DNA from: a virus
DNA length: 24,940 nucleotides
Direction: 5' to 3' (one strand)
Virus record (IMG/VR): IMGVR_UViG_3300043811_000163
Coordinates: 88,534 to 113,473 of that record
Shown: piece after piece, positions 16,712 through 24,088 of the stretch
Layout: every line of letters starts with the position of its first letter
How positions within the stretch are numbered: the first letter of the stretch is position 1
Program-made: the position numbers and the translations under genes
Notes under the pieces: generated by a model
Told to the model about the DNA's origin: nothing
Databases searched by the model: none
The model's input: the letters and a program-made list of their open reading frames with translations, nothing else

Positions 16712-16785
16712 GCGGGTGTAGCTCGAAGGTCGAGCACGTGGTTGCCATCCACGAGGCGTGGGTCCGATTCCCATCATCCGCTCCA
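16712..16785 (+). tRNA. tRNA-Gly(GCC)
   Basis: GCGGGTG/CATCCGC-T-CCA, loop TTGCCAT. Confidence 0.88.
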
Positions 16786-16786
16786 T

Positions 16787-16862
16787 GACGAGGTAGCCAA
16801 GCAAGAAAGGCAGCACGTTGCAACCGTGCCATGCGTCGGTGCAATTCCGTCCCTCGTCTCCA
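16787..16862 (+). tRNA. tRNA-Cys(GCA)
   Basis: GACGAGG/CCTCGTC-T-CCA, loop TTGCAAC. Confidence 0.85.
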
Positions 16863-16987
16863 TGATGCAGCGGCAACGTGCGTGAGTCCAAAGGATCGTG
16901 AAAATGGCCGATCACGCGCACGCCAAGCGTTTGCATCGAGTCGAAAGACTCCCGCCCGCCTCGGGGCGCGGTGACTGCCGAGGCATT

Positions 16988-17058
16988 GCTTCCGTCTCGG
17001 CGGACCCGAGCTGTCGGTTTCTATCCGACGTGTGCAGTTTCGACTACTGCCGGAAGCA
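16988..17058 (+). tRNA. tRNA-Arg(TCT)
   Basis: GCTTCCG/CGGAAGC, loop TTTCTAT. Confidence 0.72.
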
Positions 17059-17061
17059 CTT

Positions 17062-17133
17062 CTGCTCGTCGTGGCGGATTCCACGCTCTCGAGTGCGAAT
17101 CGAGATGTCGCAGTTCAACTCTGCGCGAGCAGG
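17062..17133 (+). tRNA. tRNA-Arg(GCG)
   Basis: CTGCTCG/CGAGCAG, loop GTGCGAA. Confidence 0.7.
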
Positions 17134-17137
17134 CTAC

Positions 17138-17208
17138 GCCTTCGTCCATGCGGATCATGGCCCGACGCTTCGAACGTTGGTGACTCGGCTCGACTCCGAG
17201 CGAAGGTG
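17138..17208 (+). tRNA. tRNA-Arg(TCG)
   Basis: GCCTTCG/CGAAGGT, loop CTTCGAA. Confidence 0.7.
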
Positions 17209-17209
17209 C

Positions 17210-17280
17210 CGCGGGGCAGCCGGGGACGGCAGCTCGGTCTCATAAGCCAAGCCAGCCACGTTCGACTCGTGGGCCCGCAA
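17210..17280 (+). tRNA. tRNA-Met(CAT), initiator-like
   Basis: CGCGGG.../...CCCGCA-A with C1:A72 mismatch, loop CTCATAA. Confidence 0.65.
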
Positions 17281-17281
17281 C

Positions 17282-17350
17282 GCCGATGATCCTCGGAGGA
17301 GGCGCCGTTTCATATGCGGCAGCAAGAGCGTTCGATTCGCTCCATCGGCA
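17282..17350 (+). tRNA. tRNA-Met(CAT), elongator or Ile2
   Basis: GCCGATG/CATCGGC, loop TTCATAT. Confidence 0.7.
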
Positions 17351-17351
17351 C

Positions 17352-17419
17352 TGGAGGTTACCTGGCGGGAGCAGCTCTCCTACAAAGAGCAGCGACGCGT
17401 TCGATTCGCGTACCTCCAA
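17352..17419 (+). tRNA. tRNA-Val(TAC)
   Basis: TGGAGGT/ACCTCCA, loop CCTACAA, reduced D arm. Confidence 0.65.
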
Positions 17420-17420
17420 C

Positions 17421-17501
17421 CGGACGTCACCTAGGCCGGACGGGATCCGGCGCCCGTCTTATGAGCGGGTCGGCTTGGTGGTTCGACTCCACGACGTCCG
17501 A
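17421..17501 (+). tRNA. tRNA-Ile(TAT)-like
   Basis: CGGACGT/ACGTCCG, loop CTTATGA, extra nucleotides before the D arm. Confidence 0.6.
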
Positions 17502-17509
17502 CGAATAGA

Positions 17510-17581
17510 GCGAGACACGCCATCTGGTGAAGGCACCGGCCCGACGCGCCGGACAGGAGAGTTCGATCCTCTCGTCTCGCA
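17510..17581 (+). tRNA. tRNA-Val(GAC)
   Basis: GCGAGAC/GTCTCGC, loop CCGACGC. Confidence 0.75.
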
Positions 17582-17585
17582 CAAC

Positions 17586-17657
17586 GGGCGTAGATGGTCT
17601 GGTCGACCTTGGAACCCTGATAAGGATCCTGGCAGGATTCGATTTCCTGTACGCCCA
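17586..17657 (+). tRNA. tRNA-Ile(GAT)
   Basis: GGGCGTA/TACGCCC, loop CTGATAA. Confidence 0.75.
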
Positions 17658-17681
17658 CCCCGTGCTATAGAGAGCAGCGCT

Positions 17682-18209
17682 ATGGAGCCGCAGGTTTTGG
17701 TCTTGAACGTCTGGATGCAGCCGCACGCCATTTACACGTGGCAGGACGCGATCGTTGCGCTCTACAAGGGCAACGTCGACGTGCTCGAGGAGTACGAGGC
17801 GACCGTTTCATCCCCGTCGGTCACGCTGCAGATCCCGGCCGTCATCAAGCTGCGCAAGACGCTGTCAACGCACAAGAAGGGCCTGAAATTCAGCCGAATG
17901 AACGTGCTGACTCGCGACGGTCAACGCTGCTGCTACTGCGGTCAGCGCGGCTCTCTTCGCGATCTCAATTACGATCACGTTCTTCCGCGATCACGCGGTG
18001 GGACCACGACTTGGTTGAATATCGTGACGGCGCACCGCGGGTGCAATACACGGAAGGGCAATAAGACCCCTGCCGAAGCGGGGCTCAAGATGCACTTTCA
18101 GCCGCATGTTCCGCGGAGTCTTCCGATGGCGAGGCCGTTTCTCATCGATCTCGAGAAGGCGCCGCCGCAGTGGCTGCCGTACTTGACGCAGAGTGCGGAG
18201 ACGGCATGA
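17682..18209 (+). CDS. HNH endonuclease (McrA-like)
   Basis: VLVLN...RDGQRCCYCG...DHVLPRSRGG.TTWLNIV...CNTRKGNKTP; ATG 17682 chosen because the upstream part of the tracked ORF is tRNA. Confidence 0.88.
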   Translation: MEPQVLVLNVWMQPHAIYTWQDAIVALYKGNVDVLEEYEATVSSPSVTLQIPAVIKLRKTLSTHKKGLKFSRMNVLTRDGQRCCYCGQRGSLRDLNYDHVLPRSRGGTTTWLNIVTAHRGCNTRKGNKTPAEAGLKMHFQPHVPRSLPMARPFLIDLEKAPPQWLPYLTQSAETA

Positions 18210-18511
18210 ACTGGGCGACGCCACACATCGAATCGCTCAAGCGCGGCACGATCGTGCAGTTTCGGCCGAAGGGAGATTCGATGTCCGGCCGGATCGAGAA
18301 CGGCCAGCTCGTGACCGTGCATCCTGTGGACGATGCGACACTGATCGAAGTCGGCGACATCGTCCTCGTGACGATCGGCGGGTGGACCTACGTGCATCTC
18401 GTCAAGGCGATCAATGGGCCGCTCTATCAAATCGGCAACAATCGAGGTCGCATCAATGGGTGGGCGCATCGAGAAAAGATTCATGGCAAGGTCATCAAGG
18501 TCGAGCCGTGA
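18206..18511 (+). CDS. S24/S26-family peptidase-like protein
   Basis: GDSMSGRI motif, VGDIVL, HLVK; ATGA overlap with the HNH gene. Confidence 0.7.
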   Translation: MNWATPHIESLKRGTIVQFRPKGDSMSGRIENGQLVTVHPVDDATLIEVGDIVLVTIGGWTYVHLVKAINGPLYQIGNNRGRINGWAHREKIHGKVIKVEP

Positions 18512-18514
18512 ACT

Positions 18515-18597
18515 GGAGAGCGAACCGCGCGGGGCGCGGGCCCGGTTGGAAGCCGGTGCGGACCGCAAGGTCTGGTTTTCGAGTAACCCGCTCTCCG
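18515..18597 (+). tRNA. tRNA-Ser(GGA)
   Basis: GGAGAGC/GCTCTCC-G, loop TTGGAAG, long variable arm. Confidence 0.8.
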
Positions 18598-18598
18598 C

Positions 18599-18681
18599 GG
18601 AGAGAAAACCGATCAGGGATCGGCGCGGCTTTGAATACCGAGGGGCGAGCAATCGCTGAGGGTCGGGACCTCTTCTCTCCT
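18599..18681 (+). tRNA. tRNA-Ser(TGA)
   Basis: GGAGAGA/TCTCTCC, loop TTTGAAT, long variable arm. Confidence 0.7.
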
Positions 18682-18687
18682 CGAGAC

Positions 18688-18770
18688 GGAAGGTGAACTC
18701 GCCAGGGGCGAGAGCGGCTTCGAATACCGCATGGCGCTTCGGCGCTGAGATTCGAGTTCTCCGCCTTCCA
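18688..18770 (+). tRNA. tRNA-Ser(CGA)
   Basis: GGAAGGT/GCCTTCC, loop TTCGAAT, long variable arm. Confidence 0.75.
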
Positions 18771-18771
18771 C

Positions 18772-18857
18772 GGAAGCAAAACAGGTCAGGGTGCCTGGAC
18801 CGCCTGCTAAGCGGCTCGCACGCGTGAGCGTGTCTGTTTCGATTACAGTTGCTTCCG
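18772..18857 (+). tRNA. tRNA-Ser(GCT)
   Basis: GGAAGCA/TGCTTCC-G, loop CTGCTAA, long variable arm. Confidence 0.8.
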
Positions 18858-18869
18858 CCCAAAATCCTC

Positions 18870-18898
18870 TTGCACTCGCTCGCGCCGCGCGCTAGGCT
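18870..18898 (+). promoter_or_regulatory. sigma70-type promoter of the Leu/Gln tRNA block
   Basis: TTGCAC (18870-18875), 17 bp, TAGGCT (18893-18898). Confidence 0.65.
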
Positions 18899-18905
18899 CT
18901 CCTCC

Positions 18906-18959
18906 GTGAGCCGACTTCTGTTGCTCCAACGCCTGCAGCTTCTAGGGCCTTTAGCCTAA
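18906..18959 (+). CDS. putative leaderless Leu/Gln-rich leader peptide (17 aa)
   Basis: GTG AGC CGA CTT CTG TTG CTC CAA CGC CTG CAG CTT CTA GGG CCT TTA GCC TAA; GTG lies at the expected +1. Confidence 0.75.
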   Translation: MSRLLLLQRLQLLGPLA

Positions 18960-18973
18960 GAAGCTCGATCTGC

Positions 18974-19049
18974 GCGCTGGTAGACCAACTCGGAAGGAGT
19001 CGATCGCCTCAAGAGCGATTCAGTGCGGGTTCGAATCCCGCCCAGCGCA
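18974..19049 (+). tRNA. tRNA-Leu(CAA), short variable arm
   Basis: GCGCTGG/CCAGCGC-A, loop CTCAAGA. Confidence 0.82.
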
Positions 19050-19050
19050 C

Positions 19051-19122
19051 TCGGGGATCGATCTAACGGCAAGACATCCGGCTTTGACCCGGACAATAGC
19101 GGTTCGAATCCGCTTCCCCGAA
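19051..19122 (+). tRNA. tRNA-Gln(TTG)
   Basis: TCGGGGA/TCCCCGA, loop CTTTGAC. Confidence 0.88.
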
Positions 19123-19123
19123 C

Positions 19124-19205
19124 GCCGGCATGGTGGAAATGGCATACCCCTGCTTGAGGTGCAGGGCCCCGCAAGGGGTTGCAGGTTCGATTCCTGTTGC
19201 CGGTA
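19124..19205 (+). tRNA. tRNA-Leu(GAG)
   Basis: GCCGGCA/TGCCGGT-A, loop TTGAGGT, long variable arm. Confidence 0.85.
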
Positions 19206-19211
19206 CGAGAT

Positions 19212-19297
19212 GCTCACCTGGCGAAATAGCAACCGCGCTGCGTTCAGACCGCAGTGGGCGCAAGCCCTTGAGGGTGCAATTCCCTCGGTGAGTACCA
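19212..19297 (+). tRNA. tRNA-Leu(CAG)
   Basis: GCTCACC/GGTGAGT-A-CCA, loop TTCAGAC, long variable arm. Confidence 0.85.
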
Positions 19298-19304
19298 GTT
19301 CAAC

Positions 19305-19380
19305 GCAGCACTCGCTCAACAGGCAGAAGCCCCGCCCTAAACGCGGTCAAGTCCCGGTTCGACTCCGGGGTGCTGCACCA
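19305..19380 (+). tRNA. tRNA-Leu(TAA), short variable arm
   Basis: GCAGCAC/GTGCTGC-A-CCA, loop CCTAAAC. Confidence 0.75.
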
Positions 19381-19688
19381 CCCATCAAGCGCCAACCGAG
19401 TCGTGTGAGCTCGGCATCCGCGGCGGCCATTGCTTCGTCGACAGTTGCAAAATCTGCCCATCGAAGATCCGCAGCGCACCAATTCGGCAAGTCGCACCCG
19501 AATCCGGTTCGAGGTTCGGCCCACCGGAACGTCATAGCCACATTGCCGATGAGAACGTCCGGCTGGCTGTAGACGCGCTTGCGTCGGTACCAGTCGTCCA
19601 CCGGCTCCCACGGACCAGCAACCGGCGGCGCCGCCGCGATGGCCTCGATCTGCTCTTGCGGCGTCATCGCGAGCCAATCGACGGGCAT
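19347..19688 (-). CDS. hypothetical protein
   Basis: ATG 19688 just after the head gene; 3' end runs antisense into the last tRNA. Confidence 0.55.
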   Translation of the reverse strand: MPVDWLAMTPQEQIEAIAAAPPVAGPWEPVDDWYRRKRVYSQPDVLIGNVAMTFRWAEPRTGFGCDLPNWCAADLRWADFATVDEAMAAADAELTRLGWRLMGGAAPRSRTGT

Positions 19689-19698
19689 GGAGAGACTC

Positions 19699-20673
19699 TT
19701 ACACCGTCTCGAGCTCGGCTTCATCCGCTTCATCGCCGCTTGACTCTTCGTCATCTCCGGTGTAGTCTAACCCAGGTAGTAGTGGGATAGAAACACACCT
19801 ACACTGATAATCCTGACCCGCGTGATTTGTGTTGCCGTACTTGTCGGTCACGGGCGGGTCGTCCCAGTCGATGATTTGGCCTTCGAGGTCGGCGTGCATT
19901 TCCCTGACGCGCTCGTCCTTCGATGTCGACCAGCGGTACTGCGAGACACCGGCCTGTGTCTGCCGCGCTTGCGTGATTGAGCTCGCAAGCTTGAGCGTCT
20001 GGTCCCTCGCCACCAGCCGCGCTCTAGCCGCACTCACGTCGCTCCTTTGCTCGAGGTGCTTGGCGATCTCTTCGACGCGCAGGCCATTGGCTTCGTCCTC
20101 GTCGAGCGTGTCCTTGACGTCGTCCAGCCAGTCTTCCGTGGCATGCGAGATCAGCCGGACATTGTTTTCGCGCGCGACAGCGACGATCGGGAGCACCCCG
20201 GCGGCCGCGTCATGGATCGGAATCCCGATGAGGTCCATGGCTCGGTCGTTCTTCTTCTTCACGGCCGAGGCCATCGTGTCGTACGCCGTGATCACGCGGG
20301 GTCGAAGGTGCTGGACGATGCGCTTTTTCAGCCGGTCACTTAGAAGCTGCTTGGTCTTGTCGCCCCTGGCATCGTGCCGCGTCTCGTACTCGGGCAGGAT
20401 CTCGCGATGGGTCATCGCCAGGATCCCGCGGTGCACGCCGCGCACGAGGCTGTCGCAGGTGGCCACGTATTGCCGTTCGGCGGCCGTATTGGCGCGGAGC
20501 GCCATGGCGATTTCTCGCCGGCCCCGGCGGACCTCGGCGTCTTCCCGCCATCCGGCCGCAAAAATGGCCCGCGCTTGACGTTCCGCGAGCGCCCTGGACC
20601 GATAGAGCTTCCCCGAATTGCCCCATTTGTAGCCGACTACACGGCCTTCGTGTTCGACGGAGTGAACGGGCAC
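19699..20673 (-). CDS. phage head morphogenesis protein (SPP1 gp7 / Mu gpF family)
   Basis: RARLVARDQT, YRWSTSKDERVREMH...LEG...WDDPP, HAGQDYQCRC. Confidence 0.92.
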   Translation of the reverse strand: MPVHSVEHEGRVVGYKWGNSGKLYRSRALAERQARAIFAAGWREDAEVRRGRREIAMALRANTAAERQYVATCDSLVRGVHRGILAMTHREILPEYETRHDARGDKTKQLLSDRLKKRIVQHLRPRVITAYDTMASAVKKKNDRAMDLIGIPIHDAAAGVLPIVAVARENNVRLISHATEDWLDDVKDTLDEDEANGLRVEEIAKHLEQRSDVSAARARLVARDQTLKLASSITQARQTQAGVSQYRWSTSKDERVREMHADLEGQIIDWDDPPVTDKYGNTNHAGQDYQCRCVSIPLLPGLDYTGDDEESSGDEADEAELETV

Positions 20674-20687
20674 GGATAAAGCTTAGC

Positions 20688-20942
20688 CTACTGGTTCGCA
20701 CCCGCGAGCATTCCCGCCAGCTTCGTAGAAGTGGCACGCCTTACCGATGGCCGGGATGACGCCGCACACCTGGCAATAGCGCCGCTCGCGCGGCGGGGGC
20801 GGGTCATCATCAGGTGCCCAATCGCATCGGCAGTCATCTTCGCCAGGACCCCATTCCAGCAGTATGGGATCGTGCCGCGAATGCGACCAGGTTCTCTACC
20901 GCAGCGGTCGCACACCACAGCCCCACACCGATTCATCGCCAT
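20688..20942 (-). CDS. hypothetical protein
   Basis: AAGGAG RBS after the intergenic motif; CDRC motif. Confidence 0.5.
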   Translation of the reverse strand: MAMNRCGAVVCDRCGREPGRIRGTIPYCWNGVLAKMTADAIGHLMMTRPRRASGAIARCAASSRPSVRRATSTKLAGMLAGANQ

Positions 20943-20989
20943 CTCTCCTTCGTCCGCGCGCGGGAAGCGCGCAGTGTTTCGCGCGGTTG

Positions 20990-21445
20990 CTATTCACATT
21001 TCGGCAGTGGCCCGCCGTACTCCGCAGCATGTACAAGGTCGGACGAGAGCGATCGGTCTGGATGAAAAGCGCTATCCGCCAGCTTGCCCGAGTCGTTCAA
21101 CGCTTTCTTTCCGATCTCGATCACGGCCCGGAGCGCGTGGCCTGCCTCTCGTCGGTACTCCTCGTCGTCCCATTCGTACGCTCCACGCCCTTCCGTGATC
21201 CAAAGACGGCCCGCAGCCTCTTGCACCATGTCGTCGATGGCCTTGGCCAAGCCGGTGCGGTCGCGGTTGATGAGAGCGCGCACGCGCGACACCTCTCCTC
21301 GGAGCCACGCAAGCTCCAACACTGCGCACTTTGTACATACAGGCCCATCGCCGTACATGCTACGTCCGGAGAAGTCGTGCGCGCACGCTGCAACCTTCGC
21401 GCGATATTCTGCGTCTTTGGCTACCAGTTCGTCCAGCGTCCCCAT
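20990..21445 (-). CDS. hypothetical protein
   Basis: ATG 21445 with GAGG RBS immediately after a motif copy. Confidence 0.65.
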   Translation of the reverse strand: MGTLDELVAKDAEYRAKVAACAHDFSGRSMYGDGPVCTKCAVLELAWLRGEVSRVRALINRDRTGLAKAIDDMVQEAAGRLWITEGRGAYEWDDEEYRREAGHALRAVIEIGKKALNDSGKLADSAFHPDRSLSSDLVHAAEYGGPLPKCE

Positions 21446-21468
21446 TTTGCCCTCGTTCGCGCGCAGTG

Positions 21469-21690
21469 TTACAGCGACGTCCGCCCGTACATTGTGCACG
21501 ACACCCGGTGATGCCCTAACCTCCCGCATGCACCGCATCTCCTCTCTTTCACCCTGCGTCCTGCGCGCTGACGATTGCGCTCGGCGACACGATGCTTCTC
21601 GCACCACGTCGCATTGACTCGGGGCTTTGAGCACGCTTTGCACTGTCCGTTGGCAAGGTGCTCCAACTGCCGTCGTCTGGTCGAGGTCAT
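21469..21690 (-). CDS. small Zn-finger protein
   Basis: CKAC...CEKH and CGACGRLGHHRVSC zinc-knuckle-like motifs; ATGA overlap. Confidence 0.6.
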   Translation of the reverse strand: MTSTRRRQLEHLANGQCKACSKPRVNATWCEKHRVAERNRQRAGRRVKERRCGACGRLGHHRVSCTMYGRTSL

Positions 21691-21866
21691 CTTTTTCTCC
21701 AATCGATCCATTCCACGGCGCCGTGGAACTCGTCCCGTGTGCACCCCTTCGCAGCGTGGAGCAGGATCGGCCACCGGTAGCTGGTGTTCCACACTCTGTT
21801 CTCCACACGCTTTCCCGCATGCAAGATCGCCCACCACCACGGTTGTCGTCCGCTCAGAGCTATCAC
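21687..21866 (-). pseudogene. truncated ASCH-domain protein (59 aa)
   Basis: VIALSGRQPWWWAILHAGKRVENRVWNTSYRWPILLHAAK matches the ASCH N-terminal signature (ALS.RQPW...GK..E.R.W...YR.P.L.HA); C-terminal half absent. Confidence 0.65.
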
Positions 21867-21908
21867 GTCGTCACCGCCCCTTCGATTGTTGTGTGTCAGC
21901 GCGCAGTG

Positions 21909-22070
21909 TTACGGCGCGGCTCGCAGCAACTTTCTCGCAGCTTTCTTTGCACGTCGTAGCTCGAAAGCGATGCGCGCCTGACATCGCATCCACTGGACCG
22001 TGCAGCGATGCCGTGCGGGAGACGCCTCGTCGCACTCGCATCCTTCCGGGCGCACCCACGGCTTCTTCAC
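21909..22070 (-). CDS. small hypothetical protein
   Basis: GTGA overlap with the upstream gene; stops at a motif copy. Confidence 0.45.
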   Translation of the reverse strand: MKKPWVRPEGCECDEASPARHRCTVQWMRCQARIAFELRRAKKAARKLLRAAP

Positions 22071-22297
22071 TTCGGCTCCCAATCCCTGACGAGGAACCGG
22101 AGCACCTCTGCGTCGGTGGCAACGCCGCACATCTTGCGCACGTAGCGCTGCACGACGGCAAACTGACGAAGCTCCTCAGCGTTCAGGCGAGTCGTCTTCG
22201 GTGTCCGCTTCGAGCGCGGCGTTCGATATTCGCCCGTCGTCGTCCGCACCATGGCGGGCCTGCCGTCACCTGGGTGCCAGTCTGTTCCGTTCTTCAT
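22067..22297 (-). CDS. hypothetical protein, possibly RHH-like
   Basis: GAGG RBS after a motif copy; TTRLNAEE...TDAEVLRFLVR. Confidence 0.55.
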   Translation of the reverse strand: MKNGTDWHPGDGRPAMVRTTTGEYRTPRSKRTPKTTRLNAEELRQFAVVQRYVRKMCGVATDAEVLRFLVRDWEPK

Positions 22298-22310
22298 CGA
22301 TTGCCCTCGA

Positions 22311-22437
22311 TTCGCGCGCAGTGTGTCGCGCGTTACTCTCCCAATCGAACCGACAGCATCGTACGAACCATGTCGAGCACGTTTCCGGCGCAGACTGTCG
22401 GTTCCATGTCGACTCCCGCGGCGCGTGCGACCCAAGG
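22311..22437. repeat. 127-bp exact direct repeat, copy 1
   Basis: identical to 24814-24940. Confidence 0.9.
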
Positions 22438-22590
22438 CTCGGCTGCCTTCAGAGCGGCACGAAGTCCGTCAATGTAACTGGCAGTGGCCTTCTCTGCGAG
22501 CACGTGCCCGCAGTCGCAGAACGGCTCATGACCGTAGAAATCACCGCCGCCGCAGCATCTCGGCGCCGTTGTCTGCACGTCTTCGTTCAT
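22333..22590 (-). CDS. hypothetical protein
   Basis: 85 aa between two motif copies; HEPFCDCG. Confidence 0.6.
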   Translation of the reverse strand: MNEDVQTTAPRCCGGGDFYGHEPFCDCGHVLAEKATASYIDGLRAALKAAEPWVARAAGVDMEPTVCAGNVLDMVRTMLSVRLGE

Positions 22591-22626
22591 TGCCCGTCAT
22601 CCCTTCCTGTTCGCGCGCAGTTTTCG

Positions 22627-22779
22627 TCAGCGCAAACGTCGCTGGATTCCGGGCGGCATGTGCTCCTGATCATTCAGGTTGCGACGCCACCAGGCGCGCT
22701 CGGTTCGCTCTCCCACGAGGGTACCAATGAAGAACCCAAGTGCGATAAGCAGGGCGGCGATCATGTAGATGAAAAACAT
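22627..22779 (-). CDS. small membrane protein
   Basis: GGAGG RBS, N-terminal transmembrane helix. Confidence 0.55.
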   Translation of the reverse strand: MFFIYMIAALLIALGFFIGTLVGERTERAWWRRNLNDQEHMPPGIQRRLR

Positions 22780-22799
22780 CGTTCCTCCGGCGGCGCGCA

Positions 22800-23123
22800 T
22801 CACCGACTCCAAGCGAGGGCGCGCCGCAGCCCGCTCCCGACCGCCAGCGCCGTCCCGCCGACGACGCACGCGGCGGCGAAGATCAGCGCGAGGACGAGCA
22901 GCGCTTTTATGTCGCGCACATGGGCGAGCTTTCGCTCGAAGTATTGCAATCGAGCGAAGGCCACATGGACAGCGCCACCCGGCGCGTCACGTACCCGTGT
23001 GCAGGCCGAGCATGCGCATTGCCACTGGCGACCGCACTCCGCATCTGCAACACCGTGCTCGGTCGCCTTCTTGATCACGCAGTTGTCGCACCCGCAGAAT
23101 TTCAGCCGTCGATCGTGCTTCAT
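22800..23123 (-). CDS. hypothetical Cys-rich protein with C-terminal transmembrane helix
   Basis: ATG 23123 after a motif copy; CGCDNC and CACSAC. Confidence 0.55.
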   Translation of the reverse strand: MKHDRRLKFCGCDNCVIKKATEHGVADAECGRQWQCACSACTRVRDAPGGAVHVAFARLQYFERKLAHVRDIKALLVLALIFAAACVVGGTALAVGSGLRRALAWSR

Positions 23124-23169
23124 CTTCGTTCCCAGGCGGTTCGCGCGCAGTGTTTCGCGCGGTTGTTGG

Positions 23170-24027
23170 CTACGCCGCATCCTCTTCCGCACATCGTCGA
23201 ATGTCCTCTAGCGCCCTCTCGTTGGCCGCATAGAAGTGCGGAGATCTCCCCGTACTGGCACGGTAGATCATCCGAGCTGCCACGGCAGGGTCGCCGACTT
23301 TCTTCTCAAGTGCGTAACCGGCGTCTCCGGCATGGTGGATCGCCCAACCTCCGCGACAGTGGGTTGTTTCGCACGTATGCCATGCGCCCATTTCCAGGCC
23401 GCAACCTGGAGACTGAATCGAATCGAGAATCTTGCGGTCGAGATTCTCGACGATCGGGACGTCCGGGTGCCGTTCGCGGAAGCGCCTCATGCTCTCGCTT
23501 CGCGTCAGACGTCGCCACGCCGCTCGTTCCACGGCTTTCGCTGGGTCGGTATCGACTGGCAACGTGGGCATGTCCTTGGCGTCCGCGCGGTTGGCGTCCG
23601 CGAGGTTGGCGCGCGCGAGGTCGGCGCGCGCGAGGTCGGCGCGCGCGAGGTCGGCGCCCGCGAGGTCGGCGCCCGCGAGGTAGGCGCCCGCGAGGTTGGC
23701 GTCCGCGAGGTCGGCGCGCGCGAGGTCGGCGCGCGCGAGGTTGGCGTCCGCGAGGTTGGCGTCCGCGAGGTTGGCGCCCGCGAGGTTGGCGTCCGCGAGG
23801 TCGGCGCGCGCGAGGTAGGCGCCCGCGAGGTCGGCGCCCGCGAGGTCGGCGCCCGCGAGGTCGGCGCGCGCGAGGTAGGCGCCCGCGAGGTCGGCGCCCG
23901 CGAGGTCGGCGCCCGCGAGGTCGGCGTCCACCTTGACTGCTGCGATCACTGCGTCACGCGACGACTCGGCCTCACCGGACCAGAGAACGGCGCCTGTAGA
24001 ACGATGTTTGATCTCGACTGTAGCCAT
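23170..24027 (-). CDS. pentapeptide repeat protein
   Basis: long A(D/N/Y)LA(G/R/D) run; C-terminal WHTCETTHCRGGW domain; AAGGAG RBS. Confidence 0.92.
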   Translation of the reverse strand: MATVEIKHRSTGAVLWSGEAESSRDAVIAAVKVDADLAGADLAGADLAGAYLARADLAGADLAGADLAGAYLARADLADANLAGANLADANLADANLARADLARADLADANLAGAYLAGADLAGADLARADLARADLARANLADANRADAKDMPTLPVDTDPAKAVERAAWRRLTRSESMRRFRERHPDVPIVENLDRKILDSIQSPGCGLEMGAWHTCETTHCRGGWAIHHAGDAGYALEKKVGDPAVAARMIYRASTGRSPHFYAANERALEDIRRCAEEDAA

Positions 24028-24088
24028 TGCCTTATATCTCCTTCGGTTTCATCATATTCGCGCGCAGTGTTACTGCGGCGGTTGCTGA

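Noticed and set aside
15513-17681. ORFs over the tRNA array and the 132-aa N-terminal extension of the HNH ORF from 17286
   Set aside because: They overlap well-formed tRNA cloverleaves and have no protein-like features
12618-19380. Suppressor tRNAs or stop-codon recoding
   Set aside because: No CTA, TTA or TCA anticodon found in correct loop register; genes end normally at all three stop codons
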